A DNA stretch of 64,000 nt from Candidatus Moraniibacteriota bacterium (GTDB lineage Bacteria; Patescibacteriota; Minisyncoccia; Moranbacterales; GCA-2747515): NCBI GenBank assembly GCA_016699795.1, contig CP065011.1, positions 610,474 through 674,473 on the forward strand, written 5' to 3'. The position numbers and the translations under genes were made by a program. The first letter of the stretch is position 1. Every line of letters starts with the position of its first letter. Below, one piece after another: positions 38,738-47,294 of the stretch. The notes beneath the pieces are model-generated. The model did not search any database. It worked only from the letters and a program-made list of their open reading frames with translations, and had not been told where the DNA came from.

Positions 38738-40227
38738 AGAGTATTAGGATAATCTTTTATAATTTCATTGGTTGCGAGTTTTGCACTTGTGAGAACGAGG
38801 GGAACTCCTGCACCAGGATGATTACTACTCCCTGTAAAATATAATCCTTTTATAGGTTTGAATGTGTTTTGTGGTCGGAAATAGTTACTTTGAAGAAGTG
38901 TGGGCTTTAATCCAAAGGTCGCTCCGTATTGAAAATTGAATTTTTCTTGAAATGTTTCGGGTGTAAAAACTTTAACAATTTCAATATGTTTTCGAATATC
39001 TTCAAAATTAGGAATTTTTTCTAAAATTTTAAGTATCTTGTTTTTATAACTCTCTGTTTTTTCTTTTGTCCAATTGATTTTTTCATTATGAAGAGAGGGA
39101 ACTGGAATGAGTATATAAAGAACTTCTTTTCCTTCGGGTGCCATAGTAGGATCTATCTGGGATGGGGAATAAATATAAAATGAAGGATCATTAGGAATGG
39201 TGAAATTGAATAAATCTTTAATATTTTTATTAAAGTTTTTGGCAAAACGAATGGTGTGTACATTTGTGGGATATTTTTTTGTAAGTCCAAGATAAAGAAT
39301 GAATGATGACGAAGAATATTCCATTTTTTGTAATTTTTCTTTTTGGTATTTTCCTCGATTCCTTTCTTTTTTTATAAGATTTTGAATTGCCCATGGAAAA
39401 TCAGCATTGCACAAAACAATATCTGATTGAATTTTTTTCTTTCCAATTTGAATACCTTGAATTTTTTTATTTTGAATAAGGATTTCATCTATAGTTTTAT
39501 TGAGATGAATTTTCCCCCCGAGTTCAAGAAAGCGTTTTTCCATCGCCTTTGCCATGGAATACATACCTCCTTTGATATACCAAACGCCATAAAGAAGTTC
39601 GATCATAGGAATTATAGTGTAAATAGAGGGTCCTACAAAAGGAGATATTCCAATATAAAGAGTTTGAAATGAAAGCGCTTGACGTAGTTTTTCATCTTTT
39701 ACGAAATGGGAAATGGAAGAATATGCACTATTGAGAGTTCGAAGTTTTAGTGCATTATAAAGAGATTTTGGATTGTAGAAGTCGATGGCATTTCCAAAAG
39801 GTTTTTCGATAAAATGTTTTTTTGCGATACAGTATCTTTTGTAAATATCAGCTAAATAAGCAAGATATCCCTGAGCATCTTCTTCATTAAAAGATTCTAA
39901 TTGGGCAATGAGCTTTGTAAGATTAGTTGAAATATCTAATTTTGTTTTGTCTGGAAAATGAATGCTGTACATAGGATCGAGACGTTGCATCTCAATATAG
40001 TCATTTGGATCTGCTTTAGAAAAAATAAAAACCTCTTTATAGATGGCGGGCATCATTACAATAGTGGGTCCAATATCAAATGTGAATCCACGCTCTTTTA
40101 TTTGGTACATTCTACCGCCTACTTGTTCGTTTTTTTCGTATATTTCAACACTGAATCCCAAAGATTGAAGACGAATTCCAGCTGCCAATCCACCAGTCCC
40201 TGCTCCAATGATAATAATTTTTTTCAT
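38734..40227 (-). CDS. Phytoene desaturase-family FAD oxidoreductase (CrtI/CrtN-like)
   Basis: 497 aa. N-terminal dinucleotide fold MKKIIIIGAGTGGLAAGIRL...EKNEQVGGR. C-terminal YFTGSSNHPGAGVPLVLTSAKLA typical of the CrtI family. Confidence 0.85.
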   Translation of the reverse strand: MKKIIIIGAGTGGLAAGIRLQSLGFSVEIYEKNEQVGGRMYQIKERGFTFDIGPTIVMMPAIYKEVFIFSKADPNDYIEMQRLDPMYSIHFPDKTKLDISTNLTKLIAQLESFNEEDAQGYLAYLADIYKRYCIAKKHFIEKPFGNAIDFYNPKSLYNALKLRTLNSAYSSISHFVKDEKLRQALSFQTLYIGISPFVGPSIYTIIPMIELLYGVWYIKGGMYSMAKAMEKRFLELGGKIHLNKTIDEILIQNKKIQGIQIGKKKIQSDIVLCNADFPWAIQNLIKKERNRGKYQKEKLQKMEYSSSSFILYLGLTKKYPTNVHTIRFAKNFNKNIKDLFNFTIPNDPSFYIYSPSQIDPTMAPEGKEVLYILIPVPSLHNEKINWTKEKTESYKNKILKILEKIPNFEDIRKHIEIVKVFTPETFQEKFNFQYGATFGLKPTLLQSNYFRPQNTFKPIKGLYFTGSSNHPGAGVPLVLTSAKLATNEIIKDYPNTL

Positions 40228-40663
40228 AAAAACTAAGAATGCTTAGAGGAATGGAGAAATGAAGGGATAATTTATTTTATTATGACGAATATAACTTCCT
40301 CTACGATACAGTAAAAATGATTTTTTTGATAGATACTTTTGATACTTTTTTATGTAGCTATTTATAAAAGGAGGAAATTTTTAGCTTTCCTTAAAAATAG
40401 ATATACGAAAAATATTTGAATGAAGAGTCATTTTTTTGAGGTATTTGTTGAAAAACAAAAATAACGTCAGCATCTTGCCAAAATAAATATTTAGTTTACA
40501 ATCCTTCAGAGTGGAAAATAAGTCATGAAGAAAGGCTTTTGTTCACGAAATTGTTTAAATGATAATTAATAGTTTAATTAAAAAGAAAGAATAGTGCTTG
40601 TAAGAGGATTAAATATTTTGTTTAATTTAATGCTAGTACGTTCTGTAGGAAGGAAATTGTTGT

Positions 40664-41536
40664 ATGAAAAGAGTCGCTGTTATTGGGAGTGGTGTTGTGG
40701 GAAGTGCTACGGGAAAAGGCTTTTTGGAAAAGGGGCATGATGTTGTTTTTTATGATGTTCGAGAGGAAACAATCGCTAATTTGAGAAAACAAGGCCTTTC
40801 TGCAGAGCATATTAATAATGTAGATGTGCAAAAAAGCGACATTTTTTTCTTTGTTGTTTCAACCCCTACAGAAAATGGGAAGGTTAATTTGAAATATTTA
40901 AAAAACGCGGTAACCGTTTTGGGTAAAAAATTAAAAAAACGAAAAGAATATTTTGTCGTTGTTGTTCGTAGTACTGTTCCTCCAAGAACAACACAGGATA
41001 TTATTTCTCCTATTTTAGAAAAGATGTCAGGGAAAAAGGCTGGAAAAGATTTTGGCTTGGCCATGAATCCTGAATATTTGCGTGAAGTTTCCGCAGAAGA
41101 AGATTTTAGTCATCCTTGGGTATTGACACTTGGATCTCTTGATGAAAGAACAAAACTTTTTCTAGATGAAATTTTTTCGGGATATTCTTGTCCTGTACAC
41201 CACGTTTCTTTGAGTGAAGCTGAGACACAAAAATATGTTCATAATCTTTTTAATGCAGTAAAAATTGCATTTTTTAATGAAATGCGAATTGCGAGTAAAG
41301 AGATTGGTATTGATCCAGATAGAATTTTTGAAATTACGACTGAAAGTGCGGAGGGTATCTGGAATAAAAAATATGGAATAAAAAATATCGGACCTTTCGA
41401 TGGAATGTGTCTTCCAAAAGATACGCAAGCATTTTTTCACTGGGCTAAAAAAAGAGGAATTCGAATGGGTCTCTTAGGAAGCACTATTCAGTCCAATAAA
41501 TATTTCGAAGAATTTTGGGAAAAAAATAAAAAATAA
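40664..41536 (+). CDS. UDP-glucose/GDP-mannose 6-dehydrogenase-family protein lacking the C-terminal nucleotide-sugar-binding domain
   Basis: 290 aa. Rossmann N-terminus MKRVAVIGSGVVGSATG. Central domain with the catalytic Cys motif FDGMCLPKDTQAF (GGSC[FL]PKD in UGDH/AlgD). The protein ends about 30 aa later, whereas family members are about 390-440 aa. Confidence 0.7.
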   Translation: MKRVAVIGSGVVGSATGKGFLEKGHDVVFYDVREETIANLRKQGLSAEHINNVDVQKSDIFFFVVSTPTENGKVNLKYLKNAVTVLGKKLKKRKEYFVVVVRSTVPPRTTQDIISPILEKMSGKKAGKDFGLAMNPEYLREVSAEEDFSHPWVLTLGSLDERTKLFLDEIFSGYSCPVHHVSLSEAETQKYVHNLFNAVKIAFFNEMRIASKEIGIDPDRIFEITTESAEGIWNKKYGIKNIGPFDGMCLPKDTQAFFHWAKKRGIRMGLLGSTIQSNKYFEEFWEKNKK

Positions 41537-41587
41537 AAAACTATAGAAAATAAAACAAAAGAATTGAATTGATAATATACGTTCTGT

Positions 41588-44386
41588 ATGGAAACTTTGG
41601 TGAATTCTTTTGTATCAATTTCGTTTTTTCAGGAACATCTTTCCTTGTGGTGGGGATATGTTCCTTTGGGTGTTATTGGTGTTTGGCGATGGTCAATATG
41701 GGCTTTTAAAAAAATTATAGCTCTCTTTTATCGTATTCCTGAAGGAAAATATGATGCAACTTTGGCAATTGTAACTCCTGTGTACAATGAAGATCCAAAG
41801 ATGTTTCAAAAAGCTCTTTATTCGTGGAAACGTAATAAGCCTGATGAAATTATAGCTGTAATTGATTCTACGGATAACATGTGTATCAAAGTTTTTAAAA
41901 AGTTTTCTAAAGGATGCCCTGAAGCAACGCTTATAATTACGAAAAAATATGGCAAAAGAGCTGCTCTCGTTGATGGAATTAAGGCTTCAAAGAGTGAAAT
42001 GATAGCACTTGTTGATAGTGATACCATTTGGACAAGAAAGTTTAAAAGTAAAGTTCTCGGTCCTTTTGAAAATCCTAAAGTCGGAGGAGTTGCTCCTCGT
42101 CAAGATGTTTTTGAGCCAAAAACTTTGGCGCGAAAATTATTTCGTATCCATATTTTTAATCGATATGGAAATGATTTGATTTATCAAGCGGCATTTGGGA
42201 ATGCTCTTTCTTGTATTTCTGGACGAACTGGAATCTATAGAAGAAGCGCTATCGAACATTTGACGCATGAGCTAGAGCAAGAGAAATTTTTGGGAAAAAA
42301 ATGTATTAGTGGTGATGATAAAAGATTAACAGGTCTCGTGCAACGTGATGGATGGTTGGTAAAATATGTAGAAAATGCTCTTGTTTATACACCAGGAACG
42401 AGCGACATGAAAACGTACACGAAACAACAGGTTCGGTGGACGCGAAATAGTTGGAGGTCTGATCTTAAGGCAACTTTTTCTCGATGGTTATGGAGAAATC
42501 CCTTTCTCGCTTTTCATATATTAGATCGCTTTGTGCAGCCATTTACACTTCTTTTTGGTCCGATATTTTTTATCATTGCACTGTACCGAGGTGATTGGTT
42601 GGTAGCTTCTATTATTTTTTGTTGGTGGATGGTAAGTCGAGCGATCAAAATTTTCGGTCATTTAAAAAATTATCCTAAGGATATTTTTATTTTGCCTCTC
42701 TATGTGTTTTATTGCTTTTTTCTTGGGATGATAAAAATATATACATTGATTACTGTGGATGAACAAGGTTGGATTACTAGGTGGGATAAAAGCCGTTTGA
42801 AAGCCTTTGTTTTCTTTCGAGATACTTCCGCTCATATTGCAACTCTGGCTATTTTAGTTGGTCTATTTTTTGTAGGATTTCAAATGAATAGCGGATCATT
42901 ATCTCATCTAAAAGAAATGCAACAGAAAATTTTTGCTGCAGAAGAACGTGCTGAAAAAAGACTTTGGAAAACAGAAGATCAAAGTACTCTCGTGGATATT
43001 TCAAAAGAAGAAGCTCAAATATTTCGGGATACATTGATAGAAAAGATTGAAGCTGATGCTTTTGGATACTATCGTATCCAACCAGGAGAAACGCTTTCTG
43101 ATGTGAGAAGAAGATTTTTTCTTGAACAAGAAACATCTTTATATACTGAAGAAAAAATAGTATTAAAACCTTTTGAAAGAGTATTTTCAGGAACAAGAAT
43201 TGCTATTCCTGTAAAAGATCTCCGGACTCCTAATTGGAATTGGTATCGTGAGAAAAGTAGAACTCGATTTGTCGCTCTTGCTTATCCAAAAGAGAATGCG
43301 ATACGAATAAGTGGAAAAGGATCTTTTGTAACTATTCCTGAATTAACAAATCGATTAAGAAACCCTTCAATACTAGAAAATTTAGGAAACGGAGAATTTA
43401 TTCTTCGAAAAAATCTTTTTATTGATAATGGGGTTACTCTTCTTGTGGAAGGAGAAGATGTAAAATGGCTGAAACTTAGAAGTGGAGTAAATGATTTTTC
43501 TTGGATAAAATCGGAGGGAGGAAATATTTTTATACAAGGAACTAAAATTACTTCTTGGGATGAGGAAAATAATAATTATGATAGTAATTGGGAAGACGGA
43601 AGGAGCTATATTTTACAGAAATTAAGCGGAAGAATGGATATTATAAAAAGTGAAGTTGCCTACCTTGGTTATTTCGGCTCTCCTCAGCGAGGAAAACCCT
43701 TTGGGGGTCCTTATGGTGTTTCATGGAAGATTTCGGATGATTCTTTTCGAGATGAACTTTCAACAGGCGTGATAGATGAAAGTAGTATTCATCATAATCT
43801 TTTTGGTTTATATACCTATGGTATGACAGGGGGAATATTCACAAGAAATGATGTTTCCTATAACGTTGAATATGGTTTTGATCCTCATGATGATTCGAAT
43901 AATTTATTGATCGAAAATAATAGAGCGACCTATAATGGAAATCATGGAATAATCACTTCAAAACGATGCTTTTCAAATATTATTCGAGGAAATGTTTCAA
44001 AATATAATCGTTTGCATGGAATTATGCTAGACCGATCTTCTAATAATAATTTAGTGGAAGGAAATACTCTCTCAGGAAATATTAATGGAGTTGCGTTGTA
44101 TAATTCTATCGATAACGTTGTTGTAAATAATATTCTAACTGAAAATGGAATTGGTATCCGTGCCAACAGGGAATCTCGACAGAATTTCTTTGGTGAAAAT
44201 ATGATTACTGGAAGTAAAAAAGGTATTTATGCGTATCAGGAATCATTCGATAATTATGCCTTTGAAAATGTACTTGTTAACAATAAAATTAATATACATA
44301 TAAAAGATGGTTCGAATTTGTTTTTGGTAAAAAAGGATAAAGTGCCTTTTATACGAGCTAAAGAAGAAAAGATTGTTGGCTATTAA
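41588..44386 (+). CDS. Processive family-2 glycosyltransferase (hyaluronan synthase / NodC / chitin synthase-like) fused to a C-terminal ~480-aa parallel beta-helix (PbH1/CASH) domain
   Basis: 932 aa. N-terminal TM helices. GT2 core with DSTD and VDSDTIW (DxD), GDDKRLTG (compare GDDRHLT of HAS/NodC) and QQVRWTRNSWR (QxxRW). More TM helices around 300-420. The C-terminal region has repeated beta-helix rungs (NGNHGIITSKRCFSNIIRGNVSKYNRLHGIMLDRSSNNNLVEGNTLSGNINGVALYNSIDNVVVNNILTENGIGIRA). Confidence 0.8.
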   Translation: METLVNSFVSISFFQEHLSLWWGYVPLGVIGVWRWSIWAFKKIIALFYRIPEGKYDATLAIVTPVYNEDPKMFQKALYSWKRNKPDEIIAVIDSTDNMCIKVFKKFSKGCPEATLIITKKYGKRAALVDGIKASKSEMIALVDSDTIWTRKFKSKVLGPFENPKVGGVAPRQDVFEPKTLARKLFRIHIFNRYGNDLIYQAAFGNALSCISGRTGIYRRSAIEHLTHELEQEKFLGKKCISGDDKRLTGLVQRDGWLVKYVENALVYTPGTSDMKTYTKQQVRWTRNSWRSDLKATFSRWLWRNPFLAFHILDRFVQPFTLLFGPIFFIIALYRGDWLVASIIFCWWMVSRAIKIFGHLKNYPKDIFILPLYVFYCFFLGMIKIYTLITVDEQGWITRWDKSRLKAFVFFRDTSAHIATLAILVGLFFVGFQMNSGSLSHLKEMQQKIFAAEERAEKRLWKTEDQSTLVDISKEEAQIFRDTLIEKIEADAFGYYRIQPGETLSDVRRRFFLEQETSLYTEEKIVLKPFERVFSGTRIAIPVKDLRTPNWNWYREKSRTRFVALAYPKENAIRISGKGSFVTIPELTNRLRNPSILENLGNGEFILRKNLFIDNGVTLLVEGEDVKWLKLRSGVNDFSWIKSEGGNIFIQGTKITSWDEENNNYDSNWEDGRSYILQKLSGRMDIIKSEVAYLGYFGSPQRGKPFGGPYGVSWKISDDSFRDELSTGVIDESSIHHNLFGLYTYGMTGGIFTRNDVSYNVEYGFDPHDDSNNLLIENNRATYNGNHGIITSKRCFSNIIRGNVSKYNRLHGIMLDRSSNNNLVEGNTLSGNINGVALYNSIDNVVVNNILTENGIGIRANRESRQNFFGENMITGSKKGIYAYQESFDNYAFENVLVNNKINIHIKDGSNLFLVKKDKVPFIRAKEEKIVGY

Positions 44387-44466
44387 AAAAGAAGATTTGG
44401 TCGTTTTTCTTGAATTAAGAAATTATAATATAAAATTATTTTTTGCTATTTTAAAAGAAATTTTCT

Positions 44467-45597
44467 ATGAAAATGAGTAGCATTTTTTTTGTAGCAATAG
44501 GTCTTAGTATAATTTTTTTTGTTTTCTTTAATAAAAAAATTGAGGTAACATCGGAAATCTTCGTAGAAGAACAGCAAGAGGAAGTTGAAAGAAAAGAAAA
44601 AAAATATTTTATTTCACCTCTTGGTAATGATTTATTTGATGGTCTTTCTGAAGAGACGGCTTTTGCGACTATACAAAAAGCCGTCGATATCCTTGATGCT
44701 GGAGATCGAGTATTTCTTTTGGAAGGAGAGTATTATCAAGATATTATTTCTATTCGTTCGGGAAAAAAAGAAAAACCCATTATTATAGAAGGGACAAAAA
44801 ATTCTATCATAAAGGGAGCTGGTAATCGGGAAAAAATTGTTGAAATTCGACACAGTTTTATCCATCTTATAGGATTTACTCTTGATGGCCTTGTTGGAGA
44901 GGGAAATCAAGAAATGCATTATAGAAGTAAACTACTTTATATCGAAGGATCGGAAGTTCTTTCTGGTGTAACGGGTATGAAAGTTCTTTCTATGAATTTT
45001 CAAAATGCCGGAGGTGAATGTATTCGTATAAAATATTTTTCCCATGAGAATGAAATTGCCTATAGTTCTATTCGTTCTTGTGGTGTATATGATTTTGTTT
45101 TTGGTGGGGGAGGAAAAAATGGTGAAGGTATTTATATAGGAACAGCTCCAGAACAAATTACAGAAGATAAAAATCTTACGAGAGATGTTGATGCATCAAA
45201 TGCTAATTGGATTCATCATAATACTATCGATACTCAAGGAAATGAGTGCATTGATATCAAAGAAGGATCCTCGGAAAATATCGTAGAATATAATTCTTGT
45301 ACGGGTCAGAAAGATTCTCAATCCGCGGGATTAGATAGTCGTGGAAATCGAAATATCTTTCGAGAGAATGAATCATTTGGAAATGTTGGAGCGGGGATTC
45401 GTTTGGGAGGGGATAAAGAAGAAGATGGTATATATAATAGTATTGAAAGTAATTATTTTCATAATAATGAAGGGGGTGGTGTGAAATTACAGAGAATGCC
45501 TCAAGAGAAAATATGTAAAAATCGTTTCGAAAATAATAAGAAAGATGATTTTGTAGGAGAATATAAAGAAGAAGGTAAAAATGAAAATTCTTGTTAA
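44467..45597 (+). CDS. Membrane-anchored right-handed beta-helix (pectin-lyase-fold) protein
   Basis: 376 aa. N-terminal TM MKMSSIFFVAIGLSIIFFVFF. YFISPLGNDLFDGLSEETAFATIQKAVDILDAGDRVFLLEGEY is the typical cap of beta-helix glycosidases and lyases. Repeated N/G/I-rich rungs follow. Confidence 0.6.
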   Translation: MKMSSIFFVAIGLSIIFFVFFNKKIEVTSEIFVEEQQEEVERKEKKYFISPLGNDLFDGLSEETAFATIQKAVDILDAGDRVFLLEGEYYQDIISIRSGKKEKPIIIEGTKNSIIKGAGNREKIVEIRHSFIHLIGFTLDGLVGEGNQEMHYRSKLLYIEGSEVLSGVTGMKVLSMNFQNAGGECIRIKYFSHENEIAYSSIRSCGVYDFVFGGGGKNGEGIYIGTAPEQITEDKNLTRDVDASNANWIHHNTIDTQGNECIDIKEGSSENIVEYNSCTGQKDSQSAGLDSRGNRNIFRENESFGNVGAGIRLGGDKEEDGIYNSIESNYFHNNEGGGVKLQRMPQEKICKNRFENNKKDDFVGEYKEEGKNENSC

Positions 45598-45669
45598 TCC
45601 TGTTTCTTGTGGAATTATTTTTAGTAATTTATAATAAAAAATCGATTTAATCTGATAGCCTGAATTGGA

Positions 45670-47220
45670 ATGAAAAAAAGTCAAAAAACAGCCCTCATTA
45701 TAGGTGCTGGTCCTGCAGGTCTTACAGCAGCGCTTGAAATACTGAGAAAAAGTAATCTCCAAGTTATTATTATAGAAAAAGACTCTGTTGTTGGAGGAAT
45801 TTCTAAAACAATTCCCTTTAAAGGAAATCGTATTGACATAGGAGGTCATCGTTTTTTTTCAAAATCAGATGAGGTAATGCTTTGGTGGAATGAAATACTT
45901 CCCATACTCGACAAAAACAATGATCATTTCTTACCCAAAGAGAGTTTTCACTTTATTTCTCAAAAAGAGTATAAAAAGAATCTCCCTAAAAATATAATGT
46001 TTATTCGAAAAAGAATCTCAAGAATATTCTATGCCAATACATTCTTTACGTATCCCATAACATTTACTTTAGAGACCCTTAAGAATCTCGGTTTTTTTTC
46101 TTCCCTTACTATAGCCTTTTCCTATATTTTTCATAAACTCTTTCCAAGGAAACCAGAAAACACTTTAGAAGATTTTTTTATCAACAAATTTGGAAAAAAA
46201 CTTTATTCTTTATTCTTTAAAGAATATACCGAAAAGGTATGGGGGACTTCCTGTAAAAACATACAAGCTACGTGGGGAGCACAAAGAATAAAAGGACTTT
46301 CTTTGAGAAAGGTTATTTCTCATTCATTACATACCTGTTTTTCAAAAAAAACTCTGTCTTCCAAAAAAATTGAAACCAGTCTTATTGAAAGATTTCTTTA
46401 TCCAAAATATGGACCAGGACAAATGTGGGAACTCGTAGCAAAACACATACTAAAAAGAAAAGGAAAGATTCTTTTTCATCATGAGATAGAAAATATATAT
46501 ATTTCAAAAAATACAGTTACTTCTCTAGAAATAAAAAACAAAGAAACTCAAGAAAAATTCACCATAAACACCGACTTTGTTTTTTCAAGTATGCCCATTT
46601 CTGAGCTCATTCACACCATGAAAGATCAGCCACCTCAAGAAGTTCAAGCTATTTCTAAAGAACTTACCTACCGTGATTTCATAACAGTCGGAATACTTTG
46701 TTCTTCTTTTTTACCCTCAACAAAAATCAAAGATAATTGGATATACATACAAGAACCAGGATTACAAGTAGGAAGAATTCAGATATATAACAACTGGAGT
46801 CCTTTTATGGTGAAAAATCCAAAAGAAACAATATGGATTGGATTGGAATATTTTACGAATAAACATGATGCTTTTTGGAGTATGAACGATGAAGAAATTC
46901 TTTCTTTAGCAAAAAAAGAATTAGTTCAAATGAAAATGACTTCATTAGAAAATATTCTGGATGGTATTGTTATTAGAGTTGAAAAAGCCTATCCTTCTTA
47001 CATAGGAAGTGGCTATAAACAATTCTCTATAATAAAGGAATATCTTCTTTCTTTAGAGAATCTTTATCCTATAGGAAGAAATGGAACACATACCTACAAC
47101 AATCAAGATCATTCCATGCTTTCAGCGATTCGATCTGTTGAGCATATGCTTACGAATTCTCCAAGTAAAGAATCTCTATGGCGGATTAATTCTGAAAAAG
47201 AATATCATGAGAAAAGGTGA
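45670..47220 (+). CDS. FAD-dependent oxidoreductase of the amine-oxidase/UDP-galactopyranose-mutase-like superfamily
   Basis: 516 aa. [17 protein letters not shown]...[13 protein letters not shown]...[22 protein letters not shown] and C-terminal [24 protein letters not shown] resemble the Glf/UGM-type pattern. Confidence 0.6.
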   Translation: MKKSQKTALIIGAGPAGLTAALEILRKSNLQVIIIEKDSVVGGISKTIPFKGNRIDIGGHRFFSKSDEVMLWWNEILPILDKNNDHFLPKESFHFISQKEYKKNLPKNIMFIRKRISRIFYANTFFTYPITFTLETLKNLGFFSSLTIAFSYIFHKLFPRKPENTLEDFFINKFGKKLYSLFFKEYTEKVWGTSCKNIQATWGAQRIKGLSLRKVISHSLHTCFSKKTLSSKKIETSLIERFLYPKYGPGQMWELVAKHILKRKGKILFHHEIENIYISKNTVTSLEIKNKETQEKFTINTDFVFSSMPISELIHTMKDQPPQEVQAISKELTYRDFITVGILCSSFLPSTKIKDNWIYIQEPGLQVGRIQIYNNWSPFMVKNPKETIWIGLEYFTNKHDAFWSMNDEEILSLAKKELVQMKMTSLENILDGIVIRVEKAYPSYIGSGYKQFSIIKEYLLSLENLYPIGRNGTHTYNNQDHSMLSAIRSVEHMLTNSPSKESLWRINSEKEYHEKR

Positions 47221-47294
47221 GGTATTTATTTTTTTTCGAGAATAAAAAATATATTGATATGCGGAATGTGTAAATAAAGGAAATCAGGTATAAT

